DNA of 46,624 nt, taken from assembly GCA_016210825.1 (NCBI GenBank), contig JACQTM010000354.1, positions 1 to 46,624 of the forward strand, in the 5' to 3' direction. The notes under the pieces were generated by a model. The model was not told the DNA's origin, made no database searches, and was given only the letters and a program-made list of their open reading frames with translations. Positions within the stretch are counted from its first letter, which is position 1. Each line of letters starts with the position of its first letter. The position numbers were made by a program, and so were the translations under genes. The DNA comes from Hyphomicrobiales bacterium. Its GTDB lineage: Bacteria > Pseudomonadota > Alphaproteobacteria > Rhizobiales > Xanthobacteraceae. This document shows positions 17,626-25,225 of the stretch, piece by piece.

Positions 17626-18498
17626 TCAAACGCGCTCGACTTTCGCCCTGCCAAGCAGACCCTGCGGCATGACGAAGAGCACCGTGAGGATTACAAGGAA
17701 AGCAACGGCGTCCTTGTATTGCGAGGACAGATAGCCCGCGGCGAAAGCTTCCAACAACCCGAGTACCAAACCACCGATAACCGCACCCGCTGCGATCCCC
17801 ATGCCGCCCAGCATTGCAGCTGCGAAGCCCTTGAGTGCCAGTAACGTGCCGACATCGTAGTTGGTGAGCGTGATCGGGGTGATAAGAATTCCGGCGACCG
17901 CGCCAATCGCCGCAGAGATCGCAAACGAGAAGCCAACGATGCGCCGCGTGTCGATGCCGACCAAACGCGCCGCGAGCCGGTTTACCGCCGTTGCGATTAC
18001 CGCCTTGCCGAGCAAGGTGCGATCGATGAAGGTCCACAGTAACACGACAATCACGACCGCGCCGGCAAGCACCACGAGGCTTTGCGGCAGGATTGCTGCA
18101 CCGACGAAGCGAATGGGCTCGCTGCCGAAAAATGCGGGCAGGGTGTGGAATTGCTTGTCGAAAAAAACCTGCGCGGCGCCGCGAAGAAAAATCGAAGCGC
18201 CGATGGTTATCATGATCAATGAGACTGCGTTCGCGCCGCGTGCCGTCTCGATGGCGAAGCGATGGAGCGCCAATCCGACCGCCATGGCGAAGATAACGGC
18301 CAGCAATGCAGCGAGCGGCAAGGGAATTCCTGCAAGGCCGAGAAAAACGGTGGTCATGCCGCCGAGCATGACGAATTCGCCTTGGGCGAAATTGATGACG
18401 TCCGAGGCGTTATAAATCAGTGTGAATCCAAGGGCGACGAGGGCATAGACGGCGCCGACAGTAAGCCCGGAAAACAGGAACTGGACGAATTCGGCCAT
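17626..18498 (-). CDS. livH: HAAT-family ABC transporter permease, LivH-like
   Basis: 290 aa (MAEFVQFLFSGLTVGAVYALVALGFTLIYN...). This is the canonical LivH N-terminus and topology. Confidence 0.85.
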   Translation of the reverse strand: MAEFVQFLFSGLTVGAVYALVALGFTLIYNASDVINFAQGEFVMLGGMTTVFLGLAGIPLPLAALLAVIFAMAVGLALHRFAIETARGANAVSLIMITIGASIFLRGAAQVFFDKQFHTLPAFFGSEPIRFVGAAILPQSLVVLAGAVVIVVLLWTFIDRTLLGKAVIATAVNRLAARLVGIDTRRIVGFSFAISAAIGAVAGILITPITLTNYDVGTLLALKGFAAAMLGGMGIAAGAVIGGLVLGLLEAFAAGYLSSQYKDAVAFLVILTVLFVMPQGLLGRAKVERV

Positions 18499-18542
18499 CG
18501 TTCGATTGCCTCACGCCTGACCCGCGACATTAAACACTAATG

Positions 18543-18568
18543 GGGCGGGCCCCGCGAAGGGCCCGCCC
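18543..18568 (-). terminator. GC-rich intercistronic hairpin between the binding-protein gene and livH (partial terminator or mRNA stabiliser)
   Basis: Perfect 10-bp stem: GGGCGGGCCC (18543-18552), loop cgcgaa, GGGCCCGCCC (18559-18568). It sits in the 89-nt gap between the SBP stop (18588) and the livH start (18498). Confidence 0.45.
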
Positions 18569-18587
18569 GCGCAACATTTCACATGCC

Positions 18588-19748
18588 TTACGAGCCGGAA
18601 TCGCTGACCAGCGTCCAATCGCCCTTCTTGATTTCGAGCATGCGGAACGCCGTAAGGTCGAGACCCAAATGGTCCGTCGGCGACATGTTGACGATGCCGC
18701 CGGTTCCGACGAAGCCCTTGGTCTTCTCGATTTCGTCGCGCACCTTGGCCTTATCCCAGCTTCCCGCGCGCTTGGCTGCCTCGACCAAAATCATCAATCC
18801 GTCGTAGGCGTGGCCACCAAACGTCGAAACCGGCTGACCGGATTTCTGCTCGTAGGTCTTTTTGTAAGCTTCGACGACCGGCTTCTGCTTGTCATTTGCC
18901 GACAATTTATCGGCGACCAGCAAAGCCGCGGCCGGTAGGCGTACGCCTTCTGCGGCGGGGCCGGCAAGATTGATGTACTGCTTCGAAGCCACGCCGTGGC
19001 TTTGATAAAATGGCAGCTTGATGCCAAGCTGTTGATAGTTGCGCGTCACGATTGCCGGACCTTGGCCAAAGTCCGTGTTGATGACCGCCTGCACACCCGC
19101 CTTTCCCTTGATGTTGGTGAGTTGCGGCGTCATGTCGGTGTCGCCGGGGCCGTAGCTCTCTTCGTGGACGACGGTGATCCCGGCCTTGGGTGCGACCGCC
19201 ACGCATTGGTCGCGCATTGACTTGCCAAAAGCAGCCGTACCCGAGATCAACGCGACCTTGGTGAGGTTACGCCGCTTGAGATCGGCGAATATCTTCTCGC
19301 ACGCCATCGTGTCGGTGTGCGGGGTCTTAAACACCCACTTGCGAACCGGCTGGATGATCTGAATAGCGCCGGCGAGCGAGATAAACGGAATCTGCGCTTC
19401 CTCGAAGATCGGGATGATCGCCAGCGTTACGCCGGTGGTGCTGCCGCCAACCATGGCGGTGATCTTATCCTCGTCGACTAGGCGTTTGGCGAATGTGAGC
19501 GCTTCGTTGGGTTTGCCGCCATCATCGTAGACAACGAGTTCAAGTTTTTTACCGTTGACGCCGCCCTTGGCATTGATATCGGCGACGTACATCTCCAGCG
19601 TCTTCTTCTCGGGGTCGCCGAGGAAGGAAGCAGGCCCCGTCACCGACAGGATCGCGCCAATCTTGACTTGGGCCGAGGCGCTGCCCACCGCGAGACATGC
19701 GGCGAATATGCTTGCTGCGGCGATTTTCATGTATTTTTGCATCATCAT
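18588..19748 (-). CDS. Periplasmic substrate-binding protein, LivK/Peripla_BP_6 type (aromatic-acid binder suspected from context)
   Basis: 386 aa. Signal peptide MMMQKYMKIAAASIFAACLAVGSASA|Q, followed by VKIGAILSVTGPASFLG, typical of this family. Confidence 0.85.
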   Translation of the reverse strand: MMMQKYMKIAAASIFAACLAVGSASAQVKIGAILSVTGPASFLGDPEKKTLEMYVADINAKGGVNGKKLELVVYDDGGKPNEALTFAKRLVDEDKITAMVGGSTTGVTLAIIPIFEEAQIPFISLAGAIQIIQPVRKWVFKTPHTDTMACEKIFADLKRRNLTKVALISGTAAFGKSMRDQCVAVAPKAGITVVHEESYGPGDTDMTPQLTNIKGKAGVQAVINTDFGQGPAIVTRNYQQLGIKLPFYQSHGVASKQYINLAGPAAEGVRLPAAALLVADKLSANDKQKPVVEAYKKTYEQKSGQPVSTFGGHAYDGLMILVEAAKRAGSWDKAKVRDEIEKTKGFVGTGGIVNMSPTDHLGLDLTAFRMLEIKKGDWTLVSDSGS

Positions 19749-19760
19749 TTCCTCCTGGCG

Positions 19761-20990
19761 TTAGCGGTCTTGCGAATGCGGCGCTTCCCTGCGGGAAAGC
19801 CGCGAAAAAGCCTGCCAGCCTCGACCAACAGCGGAGCAGCTGCCGCCGGGATTGGCTTGGCACGTGTCATGGAATCTTGTCGCGATCATCGCGCTTACCT
19901 TTTTTCGCGCCGACGCAAAAGCAAGCGTTGTGGCAAAAAGAGCGAGCGCGACAATCGTCAGCGCGCCGCTGAAGGCGCGCGGTCCCGGCCATTCAAGGAT
20001 ATCGGAGGCAATGCGGACTGCAAGGGAGCCATGCAACAGGGCGAGAGGAAGATAGAGCGCGGGGCTGTAATGCAGGGTTAGTTTCAGCACTGCCGGCAAA
20101 ATAATGAGCGCGTGCCCGAACACCATCGAAAGAACAAAACCGATGGCGATTGTATGCACTGCGGCATCGTAGCCAAAAGCGGTTGTTTGCGGCTGGAACG
20201 CTAGCAGCAATAGGCCGCAAATGCCGAGCCAGACATAACCTGCCAGCATTGCTGCTGAGCAAAACCGAATCTGGCCAGGATGCATCACGGTGCGTCGTGC
20301 GGCATCGTAAACGAGCAGCCAGACCGAGCATGCGATCAGCCCAAGACCCAGCAAGGGCGCGGCATCGCCGTTCAGCTCACCGCGCACGGTGCCGGCGAAA
20401 ACAAGACCCACGGCGATCACGAATGCGACTTGCGCCGCCGGCGAGGGGGCGAACACACGGCTGAGTTCAAGGCGCTCGGCGGCGATGGTGAGAACGAGGA
20501 ACGACAGCCACCAGCCGGTCACAAGCGGTATCGTATTGCCGGCGAACCAGATCGCCGTGCCCACGCCCCATGACGCCGCGGCAATTGTCATCACGACGGT
20601 AATGAGCAGCGGCTGACGATTGACCACCACGATCGAAGTTAGCGTGAGAATGACGCTGGCCGCAATGAAGAGAAGGGGAGCCGTGGCGGCCGTCATCGGC
20701 GAGAGCAGGCCAAGCGCACCGGCAGCGGAAAACGCAGGCGCCATATAGATCCACCGCCTGCCAAGCGCCACCGCGCGTTCCAGGGAAATCAATGTGCCGA
20801 AAAAACCGGAAATCAATAGTGCACCGTGCATGTCCGTAAATTGCGGCTGGCCGCCCGGCATGACGATGCCGAGACGCCACAATCCGCTCCACAGACCCGC
20901 TATGAGCGCGGCGGCGGCAAACGCCATCGGCACCACACGGAGGCTGCGCTGCCCAGCGATCGCATGGCGTTCAGACATCGCCGTTGCCAT
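19761..20990 (-). CDS. Polytopic (about 12 TM) membrane protein of unknown family
   Basis: 409 aa, hydrophobic throughout. Recurrent His and Glu-Arg motifs lie in the helices (MHGALLISGFFGTLISLERA, LTIAAERLELSR, HTIAIGFVLSMVFGHALII). The C-terminal 45 aa are hydrophilic. It starts 4 nt after the DUF59 stop. Confidence 0.6.
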   Translation of the reverse strand: MATAMSERHAIAGQRSLRVVPMAFAAAALIAGLWSGLWRLGIVMPGGQPQFTDMHGALLISGFFGTLISLERAVALGRRWIYMAPAFSAAGALGLLSPMTAATAPLLFIAASVILTLTSIVVVNRQPLLITVVMTIAAASWGVGTAIWFAGNTIPLVTGWWLSFLVLTIAAERLELSRVFAPSPAAQVAFVIAVGLVFAGTVRGELNGDAAPLLGLGLIACSVWLLVYDAARRTVMHPGQIRFCSAAMLAGYVWLGICGLLLLAFQPQTTAFGYDAAVHTIAIGFVLSMVFGHALIILPAVLKLTLHYSPALYLPLALLHGSLAVRIASDILEWPGPRAFSGALTIVALALFATTLAFASARKKVSAMIATRFHDTCQANPGGSCSAVGRGWQAFSRLSRREAPHSQDR

Positions 20991-20993
20991 CGC

Positions 20994-21365
20994 TCAGTGC
21001 TCCCAGCGATGCGTAGCCGACATGGCGCCGGGCGTGGCGAATTTACTTGACGCCTTCTCCGACGGCTGCGCCCAGCCAAGCTGGTAGCGCCCGGCATCTG
21101 TCATGCGCGCCGGCGACCAGGGAGGATCCCAGACGAGATCGACCGTTATCGATCGTGCTTCCGCGAAATGACGGCGCAATGTGGATTCAACGCAATCAGC
21201 GAGTTCATAACGGACGGGGCAAGAGGGAGAGGTCATGGTTATCGATACAGCGATGCCGCATGCCGTCCAGTCGGCACGATAGACGAGGCCGAGATCGACG
21301 ATGTTGAGGCCGAGCTCGGGATCAATGACTTCGGACAGAGCCGACAGGATTTCACGATTTGTCAT
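20994..21365 (-). CDS. DUF59 / PaaD-SufT-like Fe-S assembly domain protein
   Basis: 123 aa from ATG 21365 (MTNREILSALSEVIDPELGLNIVDLGLVY...MTSPSCP). This is the classic DUF59 signature. The track start at 21401 is an alternative. Confidence 0.7.
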   Translation of the reverse strand: MTNREILSALSEVIDPELGLNIVDLGLVYRADWTACGIAVSITMTSPSCPVRYELADCVESTLRRHFAEARSITVDLVWDPPWSPARMTDAGRYQLGWAQPSEKASSKFATPGAMSATHRWEH

Positions 21366-21529
21366 ACGTGGTTCGATATGCGCTTTGCGTTCCGCACACA
21401 CGCGATGCCGTCACGAACCGACTGGCATCACGATCCTTTCCGCCTGTTAATCAATTTCCGCCACCGACTAGGGGTAAATTGGCGGAACTAATCATTGAAT
21501 ATTATCCTCGACTCTCAGATCTGTTCTCC

Positions 21530-21543
21530 TTGATCCTTGTCAA
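21530..21543. promoter_or_regulatory. FixK/FNR-type box TTGATccttGTCAA (TTGA-N6-TCAA core intact)
   Basis: Read directly, in the divergent gap between the DUF59 gene (ATG 21365) and the CRP/FNR regulator gene (ATG 21733). It is 171 bp and 196 bp from the two ATGs. Confidence 0.45.
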
Positions 21544-21732
21544 GAAACTCACGATCAGGGATAGGGCGGACATCAGGATGGACGAATATTTGCAGGTACC
21601 AAGAGAGATCCATGCCTGGAGGACAGGGCATGCCACAATCTATAAGCTGTCTTTATTCTAACGATTGCATCACGATACGACAGGCCGCCAGGGGTGCGGC
21701 GTGAGTTGAAAATCACGGAAAGTCGTAAGGCG

Positions 21733-22458
21733 ATGACGTCGGCACTTACATCCGCTGATCTTGATATCGTGAAACGGATCGCCGTTTTTCGCGGACTGAA
21801 CCCGCTGATGCTCGATCGGCTTATCGCGCCGGCTGTCGCCCATACACTGGCGGTCGGAGACGTGGTCTTTCGTCAGGGCGACCCGGCAATGGCGTTCTTC
21901 ATTCTGGTCGATGGCTGGGTCAAGCTGTACCGCGTCACCATATCCGGCGATGAAGCCGTGATCCACGTCTTCGCCAAGGGCGACAGCTTCGCTGAAGCGG
22001 TGGCGTTCACTGGACATGCTTATCCGGCGACCGCGGAAGTCGTCAGCGAAGCCCGGGTGGTTCGCATCCCCGCCGAGCACGTTGTCAACTGTATACGCCG
22101 GATGCCGGAGATCGCACTGGCGATGATCGCCTCGACGTCGCAGCATCTGCATCACCTGGTGCAGCAGGTTGAGCAACTCAAGGCGCAGACCGGGGTGCAG
22201 CGGGTCGCCGAATTTCTGGTATCGCTGTGCGAGGCCGAGCGCGGCAAATGCAACATCGCGCTGCCCTACGACAAGGTGCTGATCGCGGGGCGTCTGGGGA
22301 TCAAGCCGGAATCGCTATCGCGGGCGTTTGCCAAGCTGCGCTCGGTCGGGGTCGAGGTGCGCGCGGCGCATGTCGTCATCGGCGACATCGCACGGCTGCG
22401 CGACCTTGCGATGGGGGACCGTGGCGCGACACGCGAATCCTTACGCGAGGCACGCTGA
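21733..22458 (+). CDS. CRP/FNR-family transcription factor without the FNR N-terminal Cys cluster (FixK/NnrR/AadR-like)
   Basis: 241 aa from ATG 21733; an alternative GTG lies at 21694. It has a cNMP-binding-like beta-roll (FRGL...GDVVFRQGD...FFILVDGWVKLY) and a C-terminal HTH with the E--SR recognition motif (PESLSRAF). There is no Cys in the first 130 aa. Confidence 0.85.
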   Translation: MTSALTSADLDIVKRIAVFRGLNPLMLDRLIAPAVAHTLAVGDVVFRQGDPAMAFFILVDGWVKLYRVTISGDEAVIHVFAKGDSFAEAVAFTGHAYPATAEVVSEARVVRIPAEHVVNCIRRMPEIALAMIASTSQHLHHLVQQVEQLKAQTGVQRVAEFLVSLCEAERGKCNIALPYDKVLIAGRLGIKPESLSRAFAKLRSVGVEVRAAHVVIGDIARLRDLAMGDRGATRESLREAR

Positions 22459-22551
22459 AGCGACATCGAAATGGCATGCCGCCGGAGGGCGGTGGATGTG
22501 AACAAGCTGCGATCGCGGTAGGATCACAATCCCCATCGCGGTGAAATCATC

Positions 22552-22565
22552 TTGATGATGATCAA
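22552..22565. promoter_or_regulatory. Perfect FNR/FixK-type box TTGATgatgATCAA upstream of gcdH
   Basis: Read directly. The centre is 136 bp upstream of the gcdH ATG (22695). Confidence 0.6.
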
Positions 22566-22694
22566 TTCAACCCCGGCAAATCGTCTTTATTATATTCAGT
22601 GAATATCCATGGTTAGTTCATGGCAGTCCGGGGTTCCGGGCGGTCAAGAATCCATTCGATCCGGTACGCGCGTCATTGCTATGGAGATTTTGCA

Positions 22695-23915
22695 ATGGGT
22701 CTTGTGGCAAACAGAATTGTCAAGAAAGCCGCAGTATCGATCAACGACGCCGCCTTCAACTGGGAAGACCCGTTGGATTTGGAGGGGTCGCTTTCGGAAG
22801 AGGAGCGCATGGTTCGCGACACCGCGCGCGGCTATGCGCAGGACAAGCTTTTTCCGCGCGTGCTATCGGCCAATCGCAACGAGGAGTTTGATCGCGCCAT
22901 CATCAGCGAGATGGGGGCGCTGGGATTGCTCGGGCCGACGATCCCGGAAGCCTATGGCGGGGCGGGGCTTGGCTATGTCGCCTATGGGCTGATCGCGCGC
23001 GAGATCGAGCGGGTGGATTCGGGCTATCGCTCGGCGATGTCGGTGCAGTCCTCGCTGGTGATGCATCCGATCCATGTTTACGGCAGCGAGGCGCAGCGCA
23101 AGCAATACCTGCCGCGGCTGGCCACGGGGGAGATCGTCGGCTGTTTTGGGCTGACCGAGCCCGATCACGGCTCCGATCCCGGCTCGATGACGACGCGGGC
23201 GGAGAAGACCGCCAAGGGCTATCGGCTGACCGGCAACAAGATGTGGATTACCAATGCGCCGATTGCCGACATCGCCATTGTCTGGGCGAAGCTCGATCAG
23301 GTGATCCGCGGCTTCATCGTTGCGCGCGGGACCAAGGGGTTTTCGACGCCGAAGATCGAGGGCAAGCTGTCGTTACGCGCCTCGGTCACCGGCGAAATCG
23401 TGCTCGATGGCGCGGAAGTGCCCGAGGAGAGCCTTCTGCCCAACGCCAAGGGGCTGGCCGGGCCGTTCGGCTGCCTCAATGTGGCGCGCGCCGGGATTGC
23501 CTGGGGCGCGCTCGGCGCCGCCGAGTTCTGCTGGCACGCGGCGCGGCAATACGTCATCGACCGCAAGCAATTCGGCCGCCCGCTCGCCGCCAATCAGCTG
23601 ATCCAGAAGAAGCTCGCCGACATGCAGACCGAGATCACGCTCGGCCTGCACGCGGTGCTCCGCCTTGGCCGCCTGCTCGAGGCGGGCCGCGCCGCGCCGC
23701 CGGCGGTGTCGCTGCTCAAGCGCAACAATTGCGGCAAGGCGCTCGACATCGCGCGCATGGCGCGCGACATGCACGGCGGCAACGGCATCTCCGACGAGTT
23801 CCACGTCATGCGCGTGCTCGCCAACCTCGAAACCGTGAACACCTACGAAGGCACCCACGATATCCACGCCCTTATCCTCGGCCGCGCCATGACCGGAATC
23901 CAGGCGTTCCGCTGA
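22695..23915 (+). CDS. gcdH: Glutaryl-CoA dehydrogenase
   Basis: 406 aa from ATG 22695 (MGLVANRIV...). Acyl-CoA dehydrogenase fold with the GCDH-typical C-terminus [22 protein letters not shown], plus [14 protein letters not shown]. It fits the lower benzoyl-CoA pathway. Confidence 0.9.
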   Translation: MGLVANRIVKKAAVSINDAAFNWEDPLDLEGSLSEEERMVRDTARGYAQDKLFPRVLSANRNEEFDRAIISEMGALGLLGPTIPEAYGGAGLGYVAYGLIAREIERVDSGYRSAMSVQSSLVMHPIHVYGSEAQRKQYLPRLATGEIVGCFGLTEPDHGSDPGSMTTRAEKTAKGYRLTGNKMWITNAPIADIAIVWAKLDQVIRGFIVARGTKGFSTPKIEGKLSLRASVTGEIVLDGAEVPEESLLPNAKGLAGPFGCLNVARAGIAWGALGAAEFCWHAARQYVIDRKQFGRPLAANQLIQKKLADMQTEITLGLHAVLRLGRLLEAGRAAPPAVSLLKRNNCGKALDIARMARDMHGGNGISDEFHVMRVLANLETVNTYEGTHDIHALILGRAMTGIQAFR

Positions 23916-23948
23916 AATTGTAAAAAGGCAGGTATCCTGTGGGGTCAA

Positions 23949-24383
23949 TCAGCGCGGGACAACCGCCGTTGCCTCGATCTCGACCATGGCGCCGGGTACG
24001 TCAAGCCTATTGATCTCGACCACAGACATCGCCGGAAAATTTCGCCCGATCACTTCACGATATGTCTTGCCGAGTGCGGGCAAATCGGCCTGATAAATAT
24101 CCATGTCGGTAACAAACCAAGTCATGCGCACGATGTGTTCGGCACCGGCGTTACCGGCTGCGAGAATGGCGAGGATATTTTCGAGGGCCTGGCGCACTTG
24201 CGCGACGAATCCCGAGGGCAACGCCCCTTGCGTATCCCATCCGATTTGCCCGGCGATAAAAATTAAATCGCCGCGCGCCATAACGCCGTTGGCATAGCCT
24301 TTGGGACGTGGCCAGCCGCTGGGTTGAAGCGTCTGGTAAGACGCTGCATGGGTGTCGCGGGCCACTGAGCTACCTTCGGACAT
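23949..24383 (-). CDS. ridA: RidA/YjgF/L-PSP family reactive-intermediate deaminase
   Basis: 144 aa with the family pattern: YANGVMARGDLIFIAGQIG...VRMTWFVTDM...PAMSVVEINRLDVPGAMVEIEATAV. Confidence 0.85.
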   Translation of the reverse strand: MSEGSSVARDTHAASYQTLQPSGWPRPKGYANGVMARGDLIFIAGQIGWDTQGALPSGFVAQVRQALENILAILAAGNAGAEHIVRMTWFVTDMDIYQADLPALGKTYREVIGRNFPAMSVVEINRLDVPGAMVEIEATAVVPR

Positions 24384-24562
24384 CGGTGCTCTCCTTAGTT
24401 ATTTGGATGAAGTGAATTGGGAAATCTAAAGTTAATTTTGTCACCTCAAGAGTCAAACGGCTTTGATAAATGACAAGTAACAAAATCTTGGAATTCACTT
24501 CGCGAACGTGCCGCATTGCTTACGCAAGTACGGCCCGCAAGCCGACTGGCCACGCGCCACAC

Positions 24563-25225
24563 TCAACCGGCCATACTGAAAAGCTTACCAAAGAATCCGG
24601 TTCCATTTTGGACAGCCGTCACATGGCGGCGAAGCCAAGCATCAAATCCCAAACTCCGGCCCGCGGAATGCAGCGCAAACAGAAACATCAGCATCGCCAA
24701 AAAGATGTAGGACCACGACCATTCGGCGGGCTCACCGGGAAGATAAATACCGAGCCACAGGTGCAGAACGAAGAACACGGCAAGCACCCCGGCGAGGCGC
24801 ACTCCGAGCCCTAGGATCATCGAGACGGCAAAGGTGAGTTCGGCAAGAAGAACTATTGGGCCGAATAGTTTAATATTGGGAAGTAGAAATCCGGTCACGA
24901 GATCGCGGTGAAATTCGAACGCCGCGCGCGTGCCCATTTGAATGGTCCAGTAAGTTAATCCATCGGACGCCGGCGGCGGCAGCTTCCACAACATTCCCTC
25001 GAACCACATGCAGCCGATTAAAACACGGATGATCCAGGTTGCGAGATGTGCCCCGGTCCGCTGGCTTTCGTCTTCCTGCCAATTGCGCCACGCGATGAAG
25101 ATGCTCGCAACGAGCAGCGCCCAAAAAAGCGCGACCAGCAGATATCGCCAGCCGCCAAGCTGCATGAAGTCGCCGGTCGCGCCGGTGAGGAATTGCCAGA
25201 TATCAGTGAACGGATTCTTCAGCAT
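24563..25225 (-). CDS. DoxX/DoxD-like integral membrane protein
   Basis: 220 aa from ATG 25225, with 4-5 TM helices. DoxX-like segment IIRVLIGCMWFEGMLWKL and ELTFAVSMILGLGVRLAGVLAV. It overlaps the 3' end of the SelD-fusion gene by 23 nt. Confidence 0.55.
   Translation of the reverse strand: MLKNPFTDIWQFLTGATGDFMQLGGWRYLLVALFWALLVASIFIAWRNWQEDESQRTGAHLATWIIRVLIGCMWFEGMLWKLPPPASDGLTYWTIQMGTRAAFEFHRDLVTGFLLPNIKLFGPIVLLAELTFAVSMILGLGVRLAGVLAVFFVLHLWLGIYLPGEPAEWSWSYIFLAMLMFLFALHSAGRSLGFDAWLRRHVTAVQNGTGFFGKLFSMAG

Noticed and set aside
19761-20990. Calling the 12-TM protein NnrS, given the adjacent Cys-less CRP/FNR (NnrR-like) regulator
   Set aside because: Size and TM count fit, and some His-containing helices look similar. 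I could not find the NnrS hallmark segments (HEM.FGF...GFLLTA..NWTG, GHTGR), so it is left as an unknown family.
20988-20996. In-frame TGA between the DUF59 ORF and the 12-TM ORF (...WEH-TGA-GCG-ATG...), tempting as a selenocysteine or readthrough fusion given selD nearby
   Set aside because: Same-frame juxtaposition has a one-in-three chance. Downstream I can only fold a weak 5-bp ATGGC/GCCAT stem, not a bacterial SECIS-like hairpin. A Sec in an interdomain linker has no functional rationale.
21453-21487. Inverted repeat TTCCGCCA-N16-TGGCGGAA, and CATGCC-N10-GGCATG at 21611-21632, in the DUF59/regulator intergenic region
   Set aside because: The 6-8 bp arms are short, with no flanking T-run or known operator consensus. 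They could be regulator sites, but the evidence is insufficient to annotate.
24463-24476. TTGATaaatGACAA as a fifth FNR/FixK box upstream of ridA
   Set aside because: It matches only 8/10, with the second half-site degraded (GACAA). This is too weak to call without a matrix scan.
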